Shown here: positions 49,264 to 64,000 of the stretch, in pieces
How positions within the stretch are numbered: position 1 is the first letter of the stretch
How the letters are laid out: every line of letters begins with the position of its first letter
Assembly: GCF_009914755.1 (NCBI RefSeq)
Contig: NC_060944.1
Reading direction: 5' to 3' (one strand)
Length of the DNA stretch: 64,000 bases
DNA from: the human T2T-CHM13v2.0 reference genome, Homo sapiens
The notes under the pieces: generated by a model
Databases searched by the model: none
What the model was told of the DNA's origin: nothing
Seen by the model: only the letters and a program-made list of their open reading frames with translations
Position numbers and translations under genes: made by a program

Positions 49264-50130
49264 TAAAAGGTCCCATTTATCAAAGCTATATAAAATGTAA
49301 AATACTTAGAAATAACTCTGATATCCCAAAACAGGGGAAACTTGGAGCGATCAACAAATCCGATCAGTGAGCTTTTTTTTTCCCCTTTTTCCTTTGTGAG
49401 ATGGAGTCTCGCTCTGTCGCCCAGGCTGGAGTGCAGTGGCACAATCTTGGCTTGGCTCACTGCAACCTCTGCCTCCCGGGTTCAAGCGATTCTCCTGCCT
49501 CAGCCTCCTGAGTAGCTGGGATTACAGGCACGTGCCACCATACCTGGCTAATTTTTGTATTTTTAGTTGAGACGGCGTTTCACCATGGTGCTCAGGCTGG
49601 TCTCGAACTTTTGACCTCATGATCCGCCTGCCTCGGCCTCCCAAAGTGCTGGGATTACAGGCGTGAGCCACTGTACCTGGCCTTTTTAAGTGACAAGGTC
49701 TCACTCTGTTGCCCAGGCTGGAGTCCAGTGGACCATCACAGGTCACTGTAGCTTCAAACCCTGGGCTCAACTGATCCCATCTCAGCTTCCTGAGTAGCCA
49801 GGATTACAGACACACACCACCACACCTGGCTAATTTTTTAAAAAAAATTTTTGGCCAGGCATGGTGGCTCACGCCTGTAATCCCAGTACTTTGGGAGGCT
49901 GAGGCGGGAGGATCACGAGGTCAGCAGTTTGAGACCAGCCTGGACAACATGGTAAAACCCCATCTCTACTAAAAATACAAAAATTAGTCAGGCATGGTGG
50001 CACGTGCCTGTAATCCCAACTACTCAGAAGGCTGAGGTAGGAGAATAGCTTGAACATGTGAGGCAGAGGTTGCAGTGAGCTGAGATCCCGCCACGGCACT
50101 CCAGCCTGGGACAGAGCTAGACTCCATCTC

Positions 50131-50163
<33 letters not shown>

Positions 50164-51114
50164 TAGATCTGCTGCCCAGGCTGGTCTCGAACTCTTGGCC
50201 TCAAGGGATCCTCCCACCTTGGCCTCCTAAGTAGTTAGGACTACAGTTGCTCGCCACCATGCCCAGTGCCATCAGTAAGCTAAGGCTTACACTTTTCTGA
50301 TCACAGCTACAGGGACAGCTGGTCTTACTGCCCAGGTTCCTCATGGTCACCTCCTATTTCCTAATGTAAGTCATCTCCTCACAACTACGGGCAAAGGGGC
50401 ACTGCTTTTCTTCAACTCTACCAGGCCACAGACCCTCCCAGGATGTGCTGGTGATTTTGCTGCTGCCATTAGTTCAGCTGTGGGGCAAAAGCAGCGCGGT
50501 GGATGGTGGTCTCAGGGCAAACTCTGTAGACATTAATTCTAGAGAAAACCCTCTGGAAGGAGTAGCATCTTAGCCAAGAAACTTTAACCCTCAGGTTGGA
50601 GCATTTTCTAGTTGGCTCTTCTTGTGTTAGTGAGAGGAATGAAAGAACGGAGGCATTAGAGACCCACGGATGGAGGCAAGCCAGCACCTCCAGTGTTCGG
50701 AGTAAACTCCTGAGGCACCAGGCCTGCCTCCCACAGAAATCGAAAGAAAACCTATCCTGCCTCTCACTGGGTCATAAATTACACATCGTCCCCTTCCCTG
50801 AGCCTTCAGGGAACCGAAGCATGTTCCACTCCTGCCACCGACCTTCCTCATCTTTGGGACTCCTGTCTCGATTTCTCACTGATCACAAAAAATGATCTTC
50901 ACAAAGTCTTCCTGCATTGTTTCTCTGCCATTTCTATGAAGCTTCTGCAGACTTTGGGAGTTACTGTCTTAGCTAGAGAATAATAGTGGATCAAAGAGGA
51001 CAGACTATACCCTCTAAGTGCCCCCACACCCAGGGCCACCCATTGGCACTGCCTGAGGAGGTCCAGTCTCAAGGTGAGGAGATGGACTAGGAGGGAAACT
51101 GGGCCCCCATCAGT

Positions 51115-51284
51115 CAGCGCTTCTCAGACACTGACATGCAACTAACAGGTAGGGTTCTTGACATACAGGGCTCTTGCTACAATGCAGATACCGATTTAGG
51201 AGAGGAGCCCAAGATTCTGCATTTCAAATTTCCCAAGTGATGTTGATGCTGCCGGTCCACAGACCAGACTGCATTTGCATAGCA
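51115..51284. mobile_element. MER5B-like MITE
   Basis: gagcccaagattctgcatttc...ccaagtgatgttgatgctgccggtccacagacca. Confidence 0.7.
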
Positions 51285-51699
51285 AGGAGCAAGACTGAGG
51301 GGAGGTGAAAAAATAGAGGAAAAACAAGCTCCATGAGAGGCGATCTGATGATGCTCCAGTTCTAAAACCTCTTGTCTTCAAGGACTTCCCTGCAGGGCCT
51401 TTCACTTTTTCCAGAGGATTGGAGCACACAGCCTTCCAGGCCCAGCCGCATGCTGGTAAAGGGCCAGGGGCCTGAGACCTCCTCACACCCTCCGTCAGCA
51501 GCTGTCAGGGAGAGGAGCCCTGCCTGGGCTGGCAATCAACCCTCGCCCCTGCCGCTGGCTCTGGGGTGGTTCTGCCATGGAACAGCAGGTTCAAGATGGC
51601 AACAGGGTAACAGATGGTCTCTCTTCCCTCCACCTCTGCCTCATCCCAGGCTCTGCTCCCTGAAGCCAAAGCAGTGATCCTCTTTACTTTCTCAAACAG

Positions 51700-51820
51700 C
51701 AGCTTACTTTGTGCCAGGCTGTGTGAACCACCATCTGGAACTGTTTTTATTTAATCCTCACAATCACCTTGTGAGGTAGGAATTGTTCTATCCCCACTTT
51801 AGAAGGAAACTGAGGCCCCA
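51700..51820 (-). mobile_element. MIR (another, on the plus strand, at ~53709-53800)
   Basis: tttaatcctcacaatcaccttgtgaggtagg...ggaaactgaggc core. Confidence 0.75.
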
Positions 51821-53381
51821 TCACTGAACTACATACCTGTGAGGCCAGGAGCCTATGGGACCGAATCTAGGAGAGAAGCCTCAGGATAGGAACTTAATGA
51901 AAAATCAAGGCAACTAAGGTGCATTGATTGGTATAGGACCCTTCAAAGGTAAGCAGAAAGCCAGTGCTGTTACTGTCCTTCTACCAGGTTCCCTTACCAT
52001 ACACCAGTGGCAGGAGGTTCTCCTGTGCCAGCTGGTACAGGTAGGTCATGAACTGGGCTCCTTGGCCTGGGCAGAGGGTGCCAGGCAGAGGCATGACTGA
52101 CCAGGCAGCACCAACTGTGTGAAGAGCAGCTGGCCTGCTAGGCAGCTGGTGGAAGGCCATTTAGGAGTCTGACGTAAATGTAGGTAGGTACTTGCCTAGC
52201 TATCCATACCTCAAAGGAACACGGTGTCCTGGGATGGAAATGCACACGATTCCAGCTCTTCATTTGATAAACCTAAGTGCCCACAAGCACTGTGCTAGGC
52301 TTTGTGGGAGGGTTTAAAACACAGTCTTTGCCCTTAGTGAGGAAAATTAGCATGCTGGATATAAAAGAGTGGTGGAAACTTTGGTGAACTGGAGAATGCT
52401 ACTCAGCTAAAACTTGTACTACCTTACTTTAGTTGGCTGGAGCCTCTCTGCAATGAAGGACTACCTGATTTTTCAAGTCCCAAATCAAGATCATGTGAAC
52501 ATTTCCCTTTTTAGAAACGAAAAGAACTTGGGGATAGGTGGTCAGAAAATAAAATGGAACAATTCAAAAAATAAATCCTCAAACGCAGGCCAACATGTGG
52601 CTGCTAGTTTGCAACCTGTGCTCCTCATTACCCCAGTCCTATATTTTCCTGTTGTACCTCCAGCACCTCACAATTCCTGGCAGAACAGAAGTGCCTCTGG
52701 TATGACCACGTGAAGCTCAACCAAGAGACCCACCAGAGTGGCAACGGATCTGAAATTTCCATCATATGCAGAACAGCTGAAGCAACTGGAGAGGGTTTTT
52801 AGCCTTGGAAATGACTAACAGGAGGCATAAGAGTTGTTGCAAATAAGAACATCCTTTAAAAAAGTTAGGATATATAGTCTGGTCAACACTTTGGAGTGGG
52901 GAGGAGGTTACTTTCAGGTAAAATATACATCTGACAACTGACCACGGTTCCCCAACTACTTCTACTGTCCATACCCACCTCCCCCATTTCTTCACTGGCC
53001 CAGTACCTAAAAGCATTTGGCTGTCATATCTGGTAAAGGGAATTCAGGCTTTGCCTTATAATTTTTTTTAGTTTTATTATTTTTTTGAGACGGAGTCTCA
53101 CTCTGTCACCATCTGGAGTGCAGTGGTGTGATCTAGGCTCATTGCAACCTCCACCTCCCGGATTCAAGTGATTCTCCTGCCTCAGCCTCCTGAGTAGCTG
53201 GGATATAGGTGCCCGCCACCACACCCAGCTAATTTTTGTATTTTTAGGCCAGGCTGATCTTGAACTCCTGACCTCAAGTGATCCACCCACCTCGGCCTCC
53301 CAAAGTGCTGGGATTACAGGCGTGAGCCACCGTACCAGGCCCAGGCTTTAATCCCAAATATCTCACCTACTTCCTACCTAA

Positions 53382-53588
<207 letters not shown>

Positions 53589-53819
53589 TAGTAGAGATGG
53601 GGTTTCTCCATGTTGGTCAGGACGGTCAAACTCCCAAACTCAGGTGATCCGCCCGCCTCGGGCTCCCAAAGTGCGGGGATTACAGGCATGAGCCACTGTG
53701 CCCGGCTAACTCAGGATTTTTCTAAGGATTAAAATGAGATATGTAATGAAAGTATTTGGCAGAATATCTGGCAAAGGGGTCAAGAAATGTTCAACATTAT
53801 TATGGAGGTTTAGATCTTT

Positions 53820-53908
53820 TCTCCCGTCCGAGTACTAACCAGGCCTGACCCGGATTAGCTTCCAAGATCAGATGAGGTCGGGAGCATTCAGGGTAGTATG
53901 GCCGTAGA
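53820..53908 (-). pseudogene. 5S rRNA retropseudogene, 3'-truncated at about nt 90, tailless
   Basis: The minus strand reads TCTACGGCCATACTACCCTGAATGCTCCCGACCTCATCTGATCTTGGAAGCTAATCCGGGTCAGGCCTGGTTAGTACTCGGACGGGAGA, matching 5S nt 2-90. An 18-bp TSD lies at 53805-53822 and 53907-53924. Confidence 0.95.
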
Positions 53909-54625
53909 GGTTTAGGTCTTTTCTATAAAACACCAAATAATACAACTATGGTCAAAACACAGAAGTTGCAGGGAGTCTGATTTTGGCTTCATAAATGATA
54001 CTTCTGTAACAATGCCAGCTGGAATGAGATTACAAGTGTGAATGTTCAAACAGAGCAGCAAAGGTCATTCCTCAGGGGACTCTGGAGGAGATTCCTACCC
54101 CAGGTAGGAAGTTGGTTGATTTCTGCTCTGATCCTATGACTACTAAATGCATAGTATGAAAAACTACACTTATAATGTGCATTAACAAGAATATGACTGA
54201 TCTCCATGGATATGGAAAGATATACAAAATAGAATTGGGGGGGGGAAATTATAGAACCATACAATGGGAGCCCAAGTTTTAAAAACCAGATATATATTTA
54301 TGTGCTTAGAGCATTTCAGGAAGGGTATATTAAGAAATTTATTTGGAAAATCTTGAGAGGTAAGCTGGAGTGAATGTACACTCTCCACTCCATGCCCAAA
54401 TGTTTACTTTTCACTTTATACCCTTCTGTTTATTTTTTTGACCAGCAGCATCAACTTTTTAAAAAAGGACCAAATAGGCCAGGCTCAGTAGCTCATGCCT
54501 ATAATCCCAACACTTTGGGAGGCAAAGGTGGGAAGATCACTTGAGCCCAGGAATTCAAGGCTGCAGTGAGAAATGACTGTGCCACTGCACTCCAGCCTGG
54601 GCAGTAGAGCAAGACTCTGTCTCAA

Positions 54626-54627
54626 AA

Positions 54628-54666
<39 letters not shown>

Positions 54667-54667
54667 A
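54626..54667. repeat. (AAAT)10 Alu-tail tetranucleotide repeat; (ATTT)n also at ~6255-6297
   Basis: Direct reading. Confidence 0.95.
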
Positions 54668-54779
54668 CAATAAATAAAAAAACCAAATCATTTGGTTGGC
54701 CAAAACCTTCTGATCTGAGCTTTGCTCGGCAACCACTCTCCAAGATAAAGCTTTATGTATCACCTCACATATTCACTGT

Positions 54780-55168
54780 CAAGGCTCAGGCACTCTAGAT
54801 TACTGGACTCCCCAGTCAACATTCCCATTACCAAAAGTCCCTAATCTTGGAGGCTGCTTCAGGTCACCCTCTCTTTGTCCCTCACTTCCTGAGTTTTTTT
54901 TTTTTCCTCCAACTATACTCACTCTACTGGTGATCTCAAACAGCCCTCTAGCTTTTAAGATACTGTCCAAATGCTGACTCCCAAATTTCTATTTCCATCC
55001 AAGACCCACTCTTAAACTCTAGACACACACATGCATCGCAACTGCCTCCTCAACAGCTCCACTTGGATATTGAGTAGACATCTAAAACTTGCTCTTCCCA
55101 CAGCCTTGCAACTCAGCTGATGGCATGTCCAGGCTTCCAGTTGCCCAAGTCCATAAACCTCAGAGTTA
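54780..55168 (+). mobile_element. L2 fragment
   Basis: atgctgactcccaaatttctatttcc...ctccacttggatatt...catctaaaactt. Confidence 0.75.
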
Positions 55169-55264
55169 GGGAAAGTTGAGTGTGACCCACAATGCCAGCT
55201 ACCTAGAAACTAAGGTAGATCTAGGTACTGGGATTAAAGATATCATAAAATCATTAAAATGTTT

Positions 55265-56212
55265 TCTGAAATGTTTGAAGTTAACTCATTTTATTTCTAG
55301 GATTTGGATTTCAACATTTTAATTTCTTTGGAATATAAGTCACTTTTTGCAAGCTAAAAAATAGAATCAAACTAAGGTGATCTAGTCCTCTAGGCATCCA
55401 GGCTGATCCTTGGAATCATGAGCAGAATGATGACATACTACAAGGTGCTAGCAATACGGCTATAAACTCTAAATAATAACCACTACATGTTTCATTAGGA
55501 AACAGCCAAAAGTCCGGCCGTTAAAGGAATAATCTGCAGAACATCTTGATTTACAAGGGACAAAATGATGCAAATTATATGCTGTCCAACCTACTGGTGA
55601 ACTGGATCAGAATGGTCCAAGGACTGTTAAACAGAGGAAGTATTTACATTTTGAAAACTTGCTCTGCAGGATAAAAAAATTCCTGGTTGCTGTCAGTAAG
55701 AAAGCAAGTAAAAAAAATATTACAGATGAACTCACTGATCTTTGATTTTACTAAGGTCTTCCACTGGAACATGAAGGTAGGGATAAGTGTACAGGATAAT
55801 ATACTCAGATATTTTTAAAATAAACTACTTAATAATAAGAAATTAGCCATACCACATTGTTCCATTTGCTACAAGAACAAATTGGCAATGAAGACTATTT
55901 AAAAGAAATGCTCAGCTCTACAGAGGGTGGTGGCAGGCAACACTTTTCCATTACAGAATAACCTCTATTCTTCCATGATACATATTCCTGTGGAAAAACT
56001 TGTCAGGGCCCAGGGATGAAAAATAGAGCTTGTCCTAATTAGCTAACTGTAGGTTCACTTAACATCTTTGGGAAGGACCCAAAAAATCTGGCCATTATTT
56101 TCTTAAACATCTGCAAGCTGCAGAATTCCTTAGTCCTCAGCTATAGTTTCTGCTAGATATCTTAAAGCTGGGACAGTTCCACTGTGACTCCTCCTCAGCT
56201 ATGGGGTGGGTG
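55265..56212 (-). other. TMEM230: TMEM230 3' UTR (proximal/main isoform)
   Basis: Repeat-free AT-rich sequence from the stop codon to an AATAAA. The cleavage site is estimated. Confidence 0.8.
55290..55295 (-). terminator. Polyadenylation signal AATAAA of TMEM230 (ATTAAA also at 55318-55323)
   Basis: tttatt on the plus strand, followed on the minus strand by a U-rich downstream element (attttaatgattttatgata, ~55241-55260). Confidence 0.75.
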
Positions 56213-56353
56213 CTAGTCATCAAAGTCTGGAATGTCATCATAGGAGTAACCACGGTAGCCTTTGGATGCATAGTAAGCGATGCGCAGGTGGTAAAATCCG
56301 GGTAGGAACACCAGAATGCCAATGATCAGCACTGGAACGGCCCGGTCTGCCCC
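56213..56353 (-). CDS. TMEM230: TMEM230 last coding exon (46 aa plus TAG), second transmembrane helix and acidic C-tail
   Basis: Acceptor ccttctgccaccag|GGG GCA GAC CGG. Translates [46 protein letters not shown], in frame with the 61608-61730 exon. Confidence 0.98.
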
Positions 56354-56363
56354 CTGGTGGCAG
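56345..56363 (-). promoter_or_regulatory. CTCF-type motif CTGCCACCAGGGGGCAGAC overlapping the 3' splice site
   Basis: Matches the core CCASYAGRKGGCR without mismatch. Binding is not demonstrated. Confidence 0.65.
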
Positions 56364-56891
56364 AAGGAGGCAAACACATTAGTACCGTAAGAGTTACACA
56401 TTTTAAAATAAAACGTCACAGACCTAATCCTTAGATCAGTATTTTATACTCTTCAGTACTTTTTCTTTGAGTTGTATACCACCAAGGGAAAAGGTTTCCT
56501 CCTGATTATAAATTGAAGACAAACTACAAAATATTAACAATTATAAAGAAAAAAATGACCCATTCTCATCCAGATATTTTGGCTTCTTTTCCTTTTTTTA
56601 AAGCTCTTAGTTGTGAACACACCATACTCTGTGTCCTGTGGCCAATATTATTAAAACCTTTTCATACATTTAAACTGTAAGGATGTGTAACATTCCACCG
56701 AAATGGACATACCACAGTTTTACCTAACTGCCCCACATACAGCTGCTGGACACTTTGGTTGTTTTTCACCTTTTGTAATTGTACAGATACCACTACAATA
56801 AACTCTGTGTTTTTCTCAGCCTTTCAGGTTTTCTTTTCTTTCTCTTTTTTCTTTTTTTTTGAGGTAAGAGTCTTGCTCTGTTGCTCGGGCT

Positions 56892-61178
<4,287 letters not shown>

Positions 61179-61496
61179 TTGGCCAGGGGCAATGGTTCAC
61201 ACCTGCAATCCCAGCACTTTGGAAGGCTGAGGCAGGCAGACTGCTTGACCTCAGGAGTTAGAGATCAGCCTGGGCAACATAGTGAAACCCTGTCTCTACA
61301 CAAAATAAAACAAACAAAAATAAGTAAATAAAAAATAAAATTAGCTGGGTGTGGTGGCACACACGTGTAGTCCCAGCTACTCGGGAGGCTGAGGTGAGAG
61401 GATCGCTTGAGCCCAGGGAGGTAAAGGTTGTGCCACTGCACTCTAGCTTGGATGACAGAGCAAGACCCTGTCTCAAAAAAAACAGACCACTGGGAC

Positions 61497-61498
<2 letters not shown>

Positions 61499-61546
<48 letters not shown>
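61499..61546. repeat. (CA)21GC(AC)2 microsatellite, read as (UG)n on the TMEM230 pre-mRNA
   Basis: Direct reading. Confidence 0.98.
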
Positions 61547-61607
61547 TAGAGCCTTGGCTAACATTTTAAAAATCTCACAACTTATTCCCACATGCCCGTC
61601 AGCTTAC

Positions 61608-61730
61608 CCCTTTGCTGATGTAGCCTGACAGCAGGAGGGAGCCTATAATAATGAGAAAGGCGCCAATCAAAAACAGCACAGTGGCAAGTGCGATGGCCTT
61701 ATAAGGGATCTTAGGAGGGGTTTTCTTAAA
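61608..61730 (-). CDS. TMEM230: TMEM230 penultimate coding exon (123 nt, phase 0/0), first transmembrane helix
   Basis: The minus strand reads tctcttccag|TTTAAG...AAAGGG|gtaagc with canonical AG/GT. It translates [41 protein letters not shown], which I recognise as TMEM230. It is missing from the ORF track. Confidence 0.97.
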
Positions 61731-61842
61731 CTGGAAGAGAAATAGAGATGAAAAAGACAACGAAGAACATTAATGCAAATACCTGGGTTCAAACATTTAA
61801 TTAATTATTTGTAATTTTTATGTTTTTGTTTGTTTGTTTTGA

Positions 61843-61947
<105 letters not shown>

Positions 61948-61950
61948 TGA

Positions 61951-62408
<458 letters not shown>

Positions 62409-63525
62409 TAAGCCATCAAGCCCAGTCTCAAACACTTTAAAACAGGGAGGAGAGCTCGCACCTGTAATCCCAGCAATGTGGGAGGCTGAGGCAGGCGGAT
62501 CACTTGAGTTCAGGAGTTTGAGACCAGCCTGAGCAACATGGTGAAACCTCGTCTCTACAAAAAATACAAAAATTAGCCGGGCGTGGTGGCATGTGCCTGC
62601 AGTCCCGGCTACTTGGGACGCTAAGCTGGGAGGATGGCTTGAGCCCAGGAGGTGAAGAGGCAGCGAGCTGAGATTGCACCACTGCACTCCAGCCTGGGTG
62701 ACAGAGCCAGAGCCTGTTTCAAATACAACAACAGCAAAAACAGGAGGGTAATTAAGAACCAAACTAGATACTTTATGTGTCTTAAGTATGTCCTACCACC
62801 CAGTGCAGCTCTGAGAAATAAAAGGGACTGGCAAGAGATGAAGCTCTAGTTATTGCTCTCACAGTTACTCAAAGGAATCTCAGAGGAATGTCATTCACTC
62901 TAGTTCGAATCTCATTCCATAAATCATTCATTGTATCATAAGAAACTTTTCTTTAAAACAAAAACAGAAATGACTTTACAGTCATTCATTTGTTAGATAT
63001 ATATTTATTAACTGCCTGGCACATAGATGGCTGTACTAACTTATGGGGATTTAAGAGATCCTGTCTCTACAAAAAATTTTAAAATTAGCTGGGTGTGGTG
63101 GCACATGCTTGTGGTCCCAGCTATTCAGGAGGCTGAGGTGAAAAGACTACTTGAGCCCAGAAGGTCAAGGTTACAGTGAGTCTTGATTGTGCCACTGTAC
63201 CCAAGCCTGGGCAAAAGAGCAAGACCCTGTCTCAAAAAAAAAAAAAAAGGCTGGGCGCGGTGACTCACGCCTGTAATTCCAGCGCTTTGGGAGGCCGAAG
63301 TGGGTGAATCACTGGAGGTTAAGAGTTCGAGACCAGCCTGGCCAACATGGCGAAACCCCATCTATACTAAAAATACGAAAATTGGCCAGGCATGGTGGTG
63401 CATGCCTGTAATCCCCCAGCTACTAGGGAGGCTGAGGTACAAGAATCACTTGAACCAGGAGGGGGAGGTTGCAGTGAGCCAGGATTGCACCACTGCAGTC
63501 CAGCCTGGGCAACAGAGCAAGACTA

Positions 63526-63878
<353 letters not shown>

Positions 63879-64000
63879 TTATTCCAAATGATTAGTTGTT
63901 TGTTCCACATAGCAAGTAAACCTGCCTTATGAACAAATTCAATTCAAGGTTAAGATTCAGAGACAAATTTTCCAAGGTTTGGCTCATCGTTGTATCTGAC

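Noticed and set aside
56354-56419. N-terminal part of ORF 56213..56419
   Set aside because: It is intronic, upstream of the AG acceptor. The real frame comes from the 61608-61730 exon.

Overview
Primate (almost certainly human) genomic DNA carrying the 3' half of TMEM230 (C20orf30; chr20p, between SLC23A2 and PCNA, recalled rather than verified) on the minus strand. Two coding exons are visible (61608-61730 and 56213-56353), followed by a ~0.95 kb 3' UTR. The remaining ~55 kb is extremely Alu-dense (order of 100 copies or fragments), with L1, L2, L3, MIR, MaLR/ERV LTRs, MER DNA-transposon relics and a 3'-truncated 5S rRNA retrocopy. Almost all ORF-track entries are Alu or L1 artefacts. Most noteworthy: (i) a candidate distal in-frame alternative last exon of TMEM230 at 24648-24809; (ii) a near-consensus CTCF motif on the 3' splice site of the proximal last exon and a (UG)21 tract behind the shared donor, together a possible last-exon switch; (iii) three separate DNA-level, locally templated 200-300 bp duplications, two of them inverted and inserted inside Alus; (iv) a tailless 5S retrocopy and an L1-mobilised, polyadenylated LTR-like transcript end, both with target-site duplications (TSDs); (v) a candidate NRF2/AP-1 enhancer. 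Repeat subfamily names come from recalled consensus sequences and boundaries are approximate.
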